Below are positions 1 to 12,544 of a stretch of 64,000 nt of DNA, piece after piece; position 1 is the stretch's first letter, and the number at the start of each line of letters is the position of its first letter. The stretch covers positions 1 to 64,000 of the forward strand of contig JAVECO010000010.1 of NCBI GenBank assembly GCA_051942205.1, written 5' to 3'. Under the pieces are notes generated by a model, which was given only the letters and a program-made list of their open reading frames with translations, ran no database searches and was not told where the DNA came from. This DNA comes from Coniocarpon cinnabarinum (Eukaryota). The translations under genes were made by a program, and so were the position numbers.

Positions 1-3000
1 TAGACTTAAAGTATTAATACTATAAGCTCTAATACCTAATTAAATAGGCAGGTTATTAAGAACCTATATAGAAACCCTAGAAGAACGTTAACAATACTAA
101 AGAAGTAAAGGATACTTATTATAAAGCCTACCCTCTACGCCCTAGGCCTAGCAAATCTATTTAGGTAATTAAACGCTCTCTTTAAGTACTATAAAAAGAA
201 ATTAGATATTTAACTAGTAATAGTTTTACTACCTTATACTAAGAGGCGGCTCTCTATAGTTAACTATATATAAGACTTTAATATTATTAACCCTAATAGA
301 GGATAACAGAGAACTAAGTATATAGTTAACTAGAGTATTAACCTACTAGCTATTAGACCTAATAAGCGACAACCCTACTTCTCTAGCAAATTAACCGCCT
401 ATATAGGACTTAAACTAAGAGCCCTTAATACTATTAAATATATATATCTAATAGGTTAGTTAACTAACTACACTACTAGTAGTAGCAAATAAGATGCGAT
501 AGCTAAATATAAATATATCTAAGCAGAAGCTTAGTATATAGAAGAGGGGAGTAATATAAGAATTTAGATCTAGATATAGAGGATTATATAATACGATAGG
601 GTATATAACCCTAAGAGCTTAGCACACAATTATTTAAGATAGACTTATTACAGAGAAGCTTCCTTCTTCTCTATATAACGTTCTTTATAGTTAGGCCGTC
701 CTTAGGTAGCAATAAGAGCTTCTAGGTCGCGATCCTTATAGTAATAGCTATTAGACTATATAACTTACTAATTTAAGAGAAGTATTCTATAAGCGTTTTT
801 AAAATAATATTATAGACTCTATTAGGTTATAATAGTACTTTATTAACAAATAAGTTATTTAATAGTTAAAAGATAGCATTATATTAAAGTAAGAAGGTTT
901 AAAGTAATAATCTAAGACTTCTTACCTAAACTTAATACTCTCTATTTAAAACTATTAGGTCTTAAAAAAATTAAAGTGTTACTTAATAGTATACTAGTTA
1001 TAATTATTATTAATTTTAGCATAAAAGTTAATTTTATTAATTTTAATATAGTTAAATATATTTAAGAGAAACTTATTAAAAAATTACTAGAATAAATCTA
1101 TCTACTTTATATTATAGATAAATAAGATGTAGTATTCTAAAATAGTAGTATTATATATAAGGTTATAACTATTATAAGAATACTAAATTTTAGAGAACCT
1201 ATTATATTTAATATTACTAGCTTAAAAGATATATAAGTTATTCTAAAAATAATATTCTTAGATAAGTTTATACTATAATAGAGAAATATACTAATAAGTT
1301 TTACTACTTATAGTATTAATTACTATAAAGTATTAAATATTTAACTAGATTATAAATTATTGCTTTACCTAGTATATAAGAAAGATAATAAGTAGAAAGA
1401 AGCTTATTTATAAAATAATATATTTATTTATAGAATCTATAAAGAAGTTAAAAATATAACTACCTAAATAAAGAAGCCTCCTAGATCTAGACAATCTATA
1501 AACTTAATACTAGCTTTACTTAAGAAATATAAGTAATATAAAAAACTTTTTTAAAAAGAAGTAAATAATAAGCTTTTTAAATATACTACTTAGAATTATA
1601 AAATAAAGCTTAAATCTAATACTATTCTTATAGAAATAAAGCTTTATTAAATAAATCTAGTATTTAAGAAGAAAAGTAAGATATATATTAATAAGCTAAT
1701 AAAATATAGTTTTATCTATAAATTAAAAGCTTCTATTTTCTACTCTCTATTCTTTATACTAAAGAAAGGTAATAAGCTTTAACTAGTTATAAACTACTAC
1801 CTTCTTAATAATATTACTAAAAAGAATAGGTACCTATTACTACTTATTACTAATCTAATTAATTACCTTTAAGGCGTTACTATCTTTACTAAGATAGACG
1901 CTAAAGAAGCTTTTAACCTAATATAAATTAAAGAAGAGGATAAATAGAAAATAATATTTAAAACTCTCTTAGGTATATATAAGTACCTTATAATACCCTT
2001 TAGACTTATAAATATACTAGTAATATTTTAGAAGTATATAAATAATATTTTATAAGAATACCTAGATATATTTATTCTTATATATCTTAATAATATTATA
2101 GTCTTCTCTACTTAATAATATTATTATCTTTTTAAAGATACTTAAAGAATACCTAAAATACGTAGAATAGGTATTATAGTAGCTTAATAAATATAAACTA
2201 TAAGTTAACCTTAATAAATACAAATTTTATATTACTAAAATAGAATTTCTTAGATTTACTATTAAAGAGAAGAAAATAAAAATATCTAAAGAAAAGATTA
2301 AATTAATACTTAATTAGCTAACACCTAAAACTATTAAAGATATTTAGTTATTTTTAGGCTTTAGAAATTTCTATTAATAATTTATTAAAAACTTCTCTAG
2401 TAAGAGAAAGGCCCTTATAAAACTTATAAAAAAGAATATACCTTTTAAATAGGGTATAAGTTAATAATAAGTATTTAAGAAGCTAAAGCAAGACTTTACT
2501 TTTAAACTAGTTATTTAAGTTTTTAACTACTAAAAACCTATTACTATTAAAACTAATATATTAGACTATATAATTAGGGTATATCTAAACTAGCTAGATA
2601 ATTAAGAAAGATTATATCCTATTATATTCTTCTCTAGAATTATAATTGTCTAAAAACTTAACTATAATATATATAATAAGGAGCTACTCGCTATAGTAGA
2701 CTTACTTAAGTATTAGAAAGTATATTATACTATACTAAAATATAAGGTTAACGTTCTTTCTAACTATAAAAATCTTATATATTTTACTAGTATAAAAACT
2801 CTTAATAGAAGATAAGTATAATAGTTAAAAGAACTTATAAACTATAATTATAAAATTATATATATACTAGAAAACCTAAACGCTAGAGCTAACACTCTAA
2901 GTAGATAGATAGACTATATTAAAAATAAAATATAGGTTTTCTACTTAGTTCTTAGAATAAATAATAATAGTATACTATCTTTAAATATAGATTATATACT

Positions 3001-5416
3001 CTTTAAAAACCTAGATCTAAATATATTATAGAATATTAAATAATATAATATTACTAAATTAATTCTTAAAAGATATAAGAAGAACCTAAAATATAAAGTA
3101 TTTACTAAGATTCTTAAGAAGAATCTAGATAACCTACTTATACTAAATAGATTAGTCTATATCCTAACCTAAATATAGAAGTATTTTATTAAAGACTTTT
3201 ATAAGTAAGGCTACTAAGAAATAATAGCTACTATTAAAAGAATTAATAAGTAATTCTTTATTCTAGAACTTAGATAAAAGACTTAGAAATAGTTAAATAA
3301 CTATAACCTCTATATAAGATTGTGCTATAAATAATATAAACTATATAGAAAACTATAACTACTATAAGTACTAGTAAAACTATAAAAGATAGTTACTATA
3401 AATTTTATTACTAATTTACTATACTTAAGAGATCTAATAATATAAACTATATATACTTATATATATATTATTATAGATAAACTTATAAAGTATTTATACT
3501 TTATTTCTATAGTTATAGTCTTAACTATAAAAGAATATATATTTCTTATATTTAAATATATAATATTTTAATATAGAGCACTAAACTAAATTATTTTAGA
3601 TTAAGGTATACTATTTACTTCTTATTTTTAGAGGTTACTTATATTACTTATAGGAATTAAATAAAAATTAAGTATATTATTTTACCTATAAACTAATAGA
3701 TAAATAGAATAAATAAACTAGACACTTAAAGAATTTCTTTAAAAATATATAAATTATAAATAAGATAATTAGGTATTATTACTATTATTAGTCTAATTTA
3801 TCTATAATTTAGTAGTATCTAAGATAATAAAAAAATTACTATTTTTTTTAATTTATAGAATCTAACTAAACTTAATAAACTTATATATAGTAGAAGATAA
3901 GCTTACTTAAGCTACTAAAATCTTTATAAAAGAGTTATAGAACTTATATAAATAGCTTTACCTTAACTATAAAATTACTAATAAGTATATAGTTATATAA
4001 GTAAATAAACTTAGATCTAAGGAACTAGATCTTAAGAAGAGAAATAGTATTTACCTTTAAAGAAAAAATATTAAAACCTAAAGACCTAGTAATAAATTAG
4101 ATTATACTAAACTAGAACCTTTTAAAATTAATAAGAAACTAGGACTAGTTATATTTAAGCTTAGACTTCTAATAACTATAAAGATCTACCTAATATTTTA
4201 TATTTTACTATTAAAACTAGTATTAAATATCTTTATATAAGAACCTATTCTTCTAGATAAAGATACTTAGTAACTAAAATATAAGGTTAAGTTAATACTT
4301 AATTACTAAACTTTATAAAAATAACTAAAATACCTTATTAAGTAAAAAAAATAGCTAAATAGTAAAAATACTTAAGAACTAATTAAAAACCTAAACTACT
4401 ACTAGAATTTATTACACTAGTATTAATTATAGTATTTAAATCTTTAATAGTAGTACTCTTAGCTATAAAGCTAAGACTACTACTAGATACTTAACTAACT
4501 TCTTTCTAATAAGCTAGATTCTTCTTAACCTCTAATAGATAGTTATATCTTATATAACTTATACTATTCTAATTAAGATTAGATTATTTCTAATCTAGTG
4601 TATTCTTTTAATAAAGTAGGTTAAGCTTCTTTTTTATATAACGCTTATTCTTTAGCCTCTCTTTCTCTTTAATATTATAATACTACTTAGTAATCTTATC
4701 TTAATAAGTAGCTAGAAAGTTTACTAAGGAACTATATTAGTAACTAATATATAGCCTAATTAGATAATATATATACTATTTATATCTATTATATAAATAT
4801 TATATTTTAGACAACTATTCTTATAGGGCTTATAAGTAGCCTTATAAGTAATATACTAATAAAACTAGTTTTTTAATTTATAATTTAAGTATAAAGGTAT
4901 ATTATTAATAATTAGCTTACCTATTTATTAAGATTATTTTAGGGTATATTTAAGAATAATAGGTAGAAGAGGTTTATAAGGTTCCTTAATAACTTTTAAG
5001 ATATAACTACTTTATATAATACTATTAGTAGTATTCTTATAAGAAGGTATAATAGCTTACTAATATAGATATAGTAGTAATAACTATTTATATACTACGC
5101 CTTAGTTATTTAAGACAAATAACCTATAGAGAGGCTAATATTATACTATACCCTATTAGTAGTATAAGAATTATATATACCTACATTAAAGGGCGCTAAT
5201 ATACTAGACTCTAATATATTAGGATACATCTACCTATAGGGCTATAAATATATAGGTTATATAGACCTCTATTAACCCTATTACTTCTAAGTAATAGGAG
5301 TAATAGAGTAAATAAGACTATAGTATATTTATTTATACCTTAGTCTATATAGCTAGATAGTAAGCTTACCTTTCTTAGGTTTAATATTATTCTAATTTAA
5401 ATTTAACCTAACTTAT
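1..5416 (+). mobile_element. RIP-degraded Ty3/Gypsy (chromovirus) LTR retrotransposon, 5' end outside the window
   Basis: Very AT-rich with TpA excess and CpA/TpG depletion; no ORFs. Undoing C>T/G>A restores pol motifs in Gypsy order: protease LLDS ~975-1000; RT IDYRLLND ~1790, TKIDAKEAF..WKTAF..YEYLVMPFGL ~1885-2010, YLDD (tat ctt aat aat) 2083-2094; RNase H IETDASDYAIG ~2545-2580; integrase VIVDRLTK ~3470, IISDQG ~3591, FHPQTDGQTE ~3680, LGPFKI ~4111; chromodomain YLIKW..NTWEP ~4280-4390. Confidence 0.93.
5139..5416 (+). repeat. Probable 3' LTR of the Gypsy element (boundaries approximate)
   Basis: Follows a purine-rich PPT-like tract (~5127-5138), starts tatta (consistent with RIP-mutated TGT..) and contains a TATA-like ctataaata near 5243. 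The 5' LTR is not in the window, so no LTR pair comparison is possible. Confidence 0.4.
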
Positions 5417-6210
5417 AGTTAAGACTTATAACTTAATTACTTAATAGTTATAATATACTAGTACTTTCTTAAGTAGATATACTACCTACTAGATATTCTT
5501 TACCTAGAGCTATATAACATATATATTAGTTATTCTTCTATCTACTATACCTATTAGTACTATTCTTTATAACTTACCTTATTAGCCTAAAGCCTTCGCT
5601 ATAAAGCAGACTCTACTCTACTAAGCTAACCCTAGGTAGAGGTTCCCACGTAGGCGTTACACCTTATAATAATAAATTATCTATATTAATAGTAGTAGTA
5701 AGGGCTCTACTAATCTATCTAGGTTCTTCTTCTTTTTCTTTTTCTTTTTTTTTTTCTTCTTCTTCTTTTTCTTCTTTTTTTTCTTAGTAGTATCTACCTC
5801 TCTCTTTATAGCTATCTAAGCTTCTTTTTTTATTATATGCTATAGATATATCTATAGTATCTTATAAATCTATAGTATACTAGGTATACTATAAGATAGA
5901 AAAATTATATAGTATAATAATAGTAGTAATAATAACTATAGCTTTATAGAGGTCTTAGGTACTACTACTATTATTAAGATTATCTTTTATTTTTTTAACT
6001 ATACTAGTCTTACTACTTTTTTAGTAGTAGTAATATTATAAGTATGCTATAATTAGATATACTTTTAAGTAGGTTTAGAAGCTATATTATAAGCAATATT
6101 TTAGTAAAAAAAAGCGCTCTAACTACTTATTTAAGAAGTAATAATAGCAATAAGATTAAAAAAGCTACTATAAATTTACTATAAACGCTCCTAACTATAT
6201 TTCTTAGTGA
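5417..6210. repeat. Additional RIP-mutated repeat-derived DNA with a T/C-rich tract (~5723-5785)
   Basis: Same TpA-rich composition as the element. Normal composition resumes abruptly at ~6210-6230. Confidence 0.6.
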
Positions 6211-6428
6211 TCCCTACTATACTATGGTTAACCGTGTTGTGTGCGTGTTCTAAAGAGCACGGACCAACCATTGTCAGTCTTCCTGCAATCGACTGTAACA
6301 CAACTTAACAAAGGTCGCTTAGGGTTGGAAGAGTTTCTCGGCTCAAGTCGATCATATTGTCTCTCAGTCTCTCGTGTCCGCTGTCAACCATTGACGGACC
6401 ATTGCTGATCATCAATATGTTGTGCACC

Positions 6429-8489
6429 TTACTGTATACCTTGCATGATGTCTTCAGCAATCTTTTCAGCGAGTGCATAGGTGGTTGCCTGCGGATGACC
6501 TGGGGGTAGAAGTGGAAAGGCGGAATTATCAACGACTCTTAGACCCCGCACGCCGAACACCCTGGCTTGAGCGTCTACGACAGCCATTGTGTCATTTGCC
6601 ATGCCCATGCGACATGTTGCCGAAGCATGCCAGACCGGCAACCCAGTGCTCTTGATAAAGGAAAGTATGTCTTCCCGGGAGGTCACATTCGGACCAGGAT
6701 ACACTTCTTCTTTAATGACAGAACGAGTCGCGTTAGCCCTTGCAAATTCCCGTACGCGATGGAATGCAGAGACCATCAGATCCTGGTCAGCCGGCGACGC
6801 AAGCCAATTTGGACTGATGATCGGATGATCCGCAGTATCCGACGAGCCGATGGTTACGTTCCCGCGGCTCAACGGGGCCACAATAAGTGCAGCTATGCTG
6901 GCGTACATGTTCGGGCTGCTCGGTGGCCCTGCGGGAAAGTTGCGCGGATCTCCTGACGCGGCGTCGGTTACTAGATACTCAAGTTCTGGCCAGTCGGCTG
7001 GGAAGGACTCGTCAAAGGCCTGAGAGCTAGATGGAGCCAGGCTCGCGCGCTCGGATTCGGGAAGCTTCTCCCATCCGACAACATCGCCACCCACGTGAGT
7101 CAAGGGGCCGCTTTGACTGGCACGATATTCTTCAGCAAGCTGACCAGCAAATGCAGGACTGCTGGCGATGGAATGAGTTTCGACGTTGACACTGTACGAC
7201 ACGCTAAAGAACCAGTGATCCCACAGATTTTGACCTACGCCAGGGAGGTCATGGATCACGGGTATGTTGTGCTGTTGAAGCGTATCTCCAGGTCCTATGC
7301 CAGACGCCATAAGCAGCTGGGGCGATCGAAAGGCGCCTGAAGACACAATTACTTCTTGCTTCGCCTCCAACATCGAAGTTAGACCTCCAATGTCAATCTC
7401 TACAGCAGTCGCTTTCTTTTGGTCGTCAAAGAGGACCTTCTTTGCTAAAGCATTTTTGTAGACCATCAGATCCGTCGTCGCTAGTGCCTGCCGCAGGTAT
7501 GACGTCTCTGAGGAGCTTCTTGTTTGATCAACGGGATTCTCACTGTGATACTGCAGCTGCGAGCCGATGAGTGTGCCGCTGACATAATCTTGAAGGTTTG
7601 GAAACCCCATTGAGAGCAAGCCCTTCCTAACCCATCCAGCGAATGAGTCCGCCCAATTGGGAATGGTGACCTGAACGGGACCTCCTTGGGATGAGCTGAA
7701 TGCTCCAGCAGTCGGTGGAGGGACCGTTGCGTTAGCTGCACGAGTACTGTCTTTTGGAGGAGTGAAGGTTGCACTGCGGCGGAAATACTTGAGGAAGTTT
7801 GGAAACTCATATTGTCGATCGCCAACTTGATCTGCCCACATTGAATACGCCGAGGTCGTGCCTCTTTGATAGACCAGTAGGTTTCTAGCAGAGCTGGAAC
7901 AAAAGTGTTATCGCGTATGAACGTGGACAGTGCGCTCATTTCACTGGCGAGACCTACCTGCCGCCTAGAGTCTTTCCTTGTGCATAGTGAACCACGCGCC
8001 CATCAAGACTCTGATCGATCTTTGGTCAGTTTCGATAATGGTTATTTCTCACAATACGCATTGCCTCGCTGCCAAATCAAGAAGTACTAACAAGGTACGT
8101 ACAGGTTGTGGGACGGTGTTTTGACCCCAGTCGATCAATGGCTGGGCATCATTTGGCCCTGCACCAATATAAAATACGGCATTGGCAGGCACTACACTGA
8201 GGTTGCCGTTGTCAAGTTCATAGAAGCCGCCGGCTTCAACAACGGCAACACTGTTCGTCGCATTCTCGGCCAAGCGTGTGGCTATTGCGAGACCAGCCGT
8301 GCCTCCTCCGACCACTACATAGTCAAAGGACGCATTGACACCAGGAAGGCCAAATGAAGTTCCAATGAAGTTGACGTCGCCACCATAGGAGGTCAGAGGA
8401 GGCCCGACGAAGGCAGCGCTACTACATGTTGAAACCGTGTAAAAGAGGACAGCACGCAAGACTGATACAACCGTAATTCTGTGAAGCAT
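6429..8489 (-). CDS. Secreted GMC (AA3) FAD oxidoreductase, 3 exons (8489-8103, 8010-7958, 7893-6429)
   Basis: Signal-like N-terminus; FDYVVVGGGTAG FAD motif; spliced GKTLGGSSARN; VIVSSGAFRSPQLLMASGIGP; DLPGVGQNLWDH; catalytic His pair (VWHASATC, PPGHPQ); both introns GT..AG. Confidence 0.93.
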
Positions 8490-9488
8490 ATCGTCAAAGC
8501 CGCGCTCACGGCTGACGAGTTGGACAGCAGTCGAGGAAGTCCCATCATTCCCGAATTATACACACGTTCTCAAGTGTCTATCGGAGGGGCCGGATCCTCG
8601 GACGCGTTTTTTAATAGGGTTTAGTGACCGTCTGAATAGGAAAGTACAGTGACAATTGACGAAGAAAGAGAATCGTCGGGGGTCTAGACGCAATAGGCGG
8701 GGACGCAATAGGAATGTATAGGTGCTACTGTAGGGTGAGGCCGAGGAACCGCCAATAGCATCTCTCTTTTGCAGGTGAACACGGTAAGGCGTAATAGTGG
8801 ATAGCACAGCGCTGGAAAGGTCGAAAGCTGGTGGCGCAACGCATGACGATGCCAATGTGCCAGATACAGATGCGTCAACCTCTCTAAATGCCAATGAGTA
8901 GGATCCTTGCATGCACACTGCATGACGTGGCGCACATCCGCAAAAACGTCTGGCCACTTGTGGGGTATCTGCCTTGTCTGCGCTCCGGGGCCGGAGCGAA
9001 GATGGACGTGCGTGCCAACGACGAGTCGTACAAGTTGGCACCTATGGCAGAGAGACTGAGGCTACGAGAGTGGAGTCTATTCGGTGCGTTGGAGAGACAC
9101 GACAGGCGTGACAAATAAGGCGAGACTTTGAGAACTCTGCGTGTTTCCGGCAGGGTGTCTCAAGGAACGCATCATTGGATCTCTTCCACTGACACGTGCC
9201 CATACACAAGGGCGCACGTCGATGGAGCAAGCTTCTGTTAGCCCTTCAATGAATTGAACGAAAAGTCGCGCTGAATATTGCGTCCGTGTGATTTCTTCAT
9301 CAACTGAGTCAAGTACATAATTCGTCGTGATGACATGTGTCCATAGGGCTATACACCGTCTAAGCACTCAATCCCATTGCATCCCGCGGATGCAACTTGG
9401 GATCTGAGGTCGTCAATTCGCAACCAATCATTGGTTCTGACAACATAGCTTCTGCACGGAACCTGTTTCTTCACTCGCGCCAGCCGCC

Positions 9489-10700
9489 ATGCACCTCCTC
9501 AAGTCCACCATTAACCCCAAGTACGGCACTGGCGTTGCTACCCTCCTTCCCCACGATGTCGAGGACATGTGGGCCCTTTACAACCTCGTCCGTGCCACAG
9601 ACGTCGTTCGCTCCACCACCTTCCGCAAAGTCACCACTACAAGCAACGATGACACGGGTGATCGTTCTGTAACGAGCAAGCGCACAACCATCTCCGTTCG
9701 CGTCGAGAAGACGTCCTACGATGCCAAGCTGGGTGAGATCAAGGTGCAAGGCCGAGTATGCAAAGAAGATGAGTGGGTGGAGATGGGCGCCTACCACACG
9801 CTGACGCTGGCGGTGAATCGGCAGTTCACATTGGAAAAGGGTGACGAAGGGAGCGAGGAGCGGTGGGACACTGTCGCCTGTGAGACTCTGCAAGACGCTG
9901 TAGATGAAAAGAAGAAGGCGGAGGTGTGGGGTGTGGTCATGGAAGAAGGATCTGCGCTCGTATGCATCTTCACCGCATCGCAGGCGCTCATCCGGCAGCG
10001 CGTGGAGGTCTCCATACCTCGCTCTTCGGCTGCGGTTGGCGCAGGGAAGTTTGAAGCAGGTATGGCCAAGTTTTTTAAGACTACAATGGATACTCTATTA
10101 AGAGCTATGGAGTTTGAAGAACTTATGAAGACAGATCAGAAGCCACCGCTGGTGGTAGGCAGCACAGGCTTCACGGCGCAAAAGTTCCTCGAGTACGTGC
10201 GACAGCAAGCGTGGCAAAAGAGTGACAAAAAGATGGCCGAATATTTCAGGAGTTCAGCTTTGGTGGTGCATACGGCAGGCGGCAAGCTACACAACTTGTC
10301 CGAGGCGCTATCACAGCCCGATGTCAAGCGAAAGCTAGCAGATACAAAGTTTGGGCAAGAAAGTGTCATCATGGAGCGCTTTCTGGACCTCGTAAGGGAA
10401 GACCAGGGTCGAGCATGGTATGGCGCCAGAGAGGTCGTCAAAGCGATTAACCAGGGCGCGGTGGGTCGAGGTGGTGGCACCCTCCTCATTAGCAATGCTC
10501 TGTTTCGCAGTGACGATGTGTCAGTGAGAAGGAAGTGGGTAGATCTCGTAGAGAGGGTGAGGAAGGATGAAGGAGGGGAAGTCAGAGTGTTGAGCAGCGC
10601 ACATGAAACCGGTAAGAGGCTAGAGACGCTTGGAAGTATAGGTTGCATAACGACGTATCCGGTACCGGGTCTTGATGAAGAGTCAGATGAAGAGTCTTGA
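9489..10700 (+). CDS. DOM34: Pelota/Dom34 ribosome-rescue factor (intronless)
   Basis: EDMWALYNLV, TFRKV, MGAYHTLTL, AWYGAREV..A, LLISNALFRS, VLSSAHETGKRL; eRF1-like three-domain layout. Confidence 0.95.
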   Translation: MHLLKSTINPKYGTGVATLLPHDVEDMWALYNLVRATDVVRSTTFRKVTTTSNDDTGDRSVTSKRTTISVRVEKTSYDAKLGEIKVQGRVCKEDEWVEMGAYHTLTLAVNRQFTLEKGDEGSEERWDTVACETLQDAVDEKKKAEVWGVVMEEGSALVCIFTASQALIRQRVEVSIPRSSAAVGAGKFEAGMAKFFKTTMDTLLRAMEFEELMKTDQKPPLVVGSTGFTAQKFLEYVRQQAWQKSDKKMAEYFRSSALVVHTAGGKLHNLSEALSQPDVKRKLADTKFGQESVIMERFLDLVREDQGRAWYGAREVVKAINQGAVGRGGGTLLISNALFRSDDVSVRRKWVDLVERVRKDEGGEVRVLSSAHETGKRLETLGSIGCITTYPVPGLDEESDEES

Positions 10701-10835
10701 TGGATGGTTATTTGGACTGAACGGAGACACGGTTTGCATCCGTTTTATGAAGATGCTTGATACCCCAATCTAATGATGCCTTTGATATACATTCATCATG
10801 GCCCATCTCACGGTTTTCATAATTGTTATGGCACA

Positions 10836-11615
10836 TCAGTAACAATCGATTTCTCGGCAATCCTGTGTCGACAAGTCAAAGTCATCCGGCGCAAGCTCTA
10901 GAATAGAGCATAATTGAGAAGTCTTCTGCGAATCGCTAGAAGAGGATGACCGTGGCGGATTTCGCATACATGGCTTGGGCGGCGGTGGCATTAGTTGACG
11001 GTCTGCATCAAGTTTCTTTCTTTCGCTGGAAGTGTTGTCAGGAAGCGGATTATCCAATTCATCGATGGTAAAGCCGACGTCTTGAGTACATAATAGATGC
11101 TCAAGATCTAGACTGTCTGCGCGACCGTTCGGGATCGCTGTAGTGGAGGTAGGCTTGCAATCATCCACCGTGTCTAGCAGTGTTTCATCATCTAAATCCT
11201 CGAACGGTTCATTCTCATGGGATTGATTCGCTCTTCGCTGACGTTGCTGACACGGCGATTGTTGCGATAGAGGTATCTGGTCGTCTGCAGCAGCCGACTG
11301 GTCATGACTCTGGACTGCTCTTCCCACGAACGCGGATAACAGCTTTTGACTTGCTGCAACTTTTGGTAAAGGCTGGCTCGGCAGTCCGCTCTCGCGTCTC
11401 ATAGTCCGGACTCGTTGTTCTCGCATCGCACGTTTCTCCTTAGCCTGTTTGCTCCGCCGTTCCTTGGCTTTCAAGCGCTCTGCCCGCTCGTACAGCTCTG
11501 CTCCTCTTGCGATTCGCCTTGCCTCTTGACTGCTAATGCGCGGTCCATGTCTCTTGTACTCAGCCTTGGCTTGTTTCGATGTTTGAGCGCGGATACTAGT
11601 ATGACGTTCCTCCAT
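10836..11615 (-). CDS. Hypothetical protein with basic N-terminal coiled coil and disordered acidic C-terminus
   Basis: Single long ORF; first in-frame ATG (MEERHTS) at 11615; helical K/R/E-rich segment TSKQAKAEYKRHGPRIS..RAERLKAKERR; S/TQ motifs and MPPPP. Confidence 0.7.
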   Translation of the reverse strand: MEERHTSIRAQTSKQAKAEYKRHGPRISSQEARRIARGAELYERAERLKAKERRSKQAKEKRAMREQRVRTMRRESGLPSQPLPKVAASQKLLSAFVGRAVQSHDQSAAADDQIPLSQQSPCQQRQRRANQSHENEPFEDLDDETLLDTVDDCKPTSTTAIPNGRADSLDLEHLLCTQDVGFTIDELDNPLPDNTSSERKKLDADRQLMPPPPKPCMRNPPRSSSSSDSQKTSQLCSILELAPDDFDLSTQDCREIDCY

Positions 11616-12544
11616 TTGGCGAGCGCAAATGATAGCCAAGTGGATTTATCGGTGTCTGCTTATTTCAAAACAATGAAATGGCATGCACGTATGTACGCGC
11701 CCGACTTGGCGCGCCCCGCACGCGAGCGCACGTGAATATTCAAGAATACCTGAAATGGAAGTGGCCGCGTATACAGCCTTGAACTGATAGGTCCTTTGCA
11801 TTGCAATTGTATAGAATTCGGGCTCATACAACATCAACGATTGTACTAATCTTGTCCCCATCCTTTGCTGCTCCTGAGAACCAATGATGCCCTTGCGAGG
11901 CGTAACCCCCGGATATACATGCGCCCGGTCAAACTTGTTGCGAGGCTACCTACCCTACGTGACTGAAAATGGTCACTTACTCATTCAAAGCTTTGCATAT
12001 GACGGCAAATGATAAGAGATAGCTTACCAAGTTAATAAGCAACGACAGTTCCTCAATCATCCGCATCCTTTTGAAAAGATTCTCGCAATGAATGTTATGT
12101 CAACACGCCTTTCGTTGCTGCCGAAAACGGAAGAAATTATCAAAGAGGTTGCTGCCAGATCTGAAAGCAGCCGCCAATGTCGATATGAAGAAAGAGCCGA
12201 GCCCACATGCAATCTTGGTCAAAACTTGACTGAAAGCCTCTTTGGATTTGCGAGTTCGCAAGTCAACCCAAGTGCCTCTACATGCTCGCTGCCTGTTCTG
12301 CCATTCACTTGTTGCTCGAACCACATTTACCCTTCTGGCGTGGCATAGGTGCCAAGCTGGCGCCAAATGCTAGTAGCGTCTTGAGTGCAACAAGAGAAGC
12401 CGTCCATAGTAAGGACAACCAAGACGCACGTGGCTATTCGATCCTTGAATTAATAGTCGGTGTTCAGAAAGAGTAATGCGTTCAGTGCCACAACAGAGGC
12501 GCGCGACTTCGGTGTCCCTTTCTTCAATTCGCAGATCTTGTTCT

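Noticed and set aside
5630..5665. TPTWEPLP on the minus strand as a second chromodomain
   Set aside because: The flanking chromodomain residues (YLVKW) cannot be recovered; likely chance.
1..6210. Organellar insertion, centromeric satellite or CRISPR array as the explanation for the AT-rich block
   Set aside because: TpA bias plus ordered Gypsy pol motifs explain it; there are no regular repeat-spacer units.
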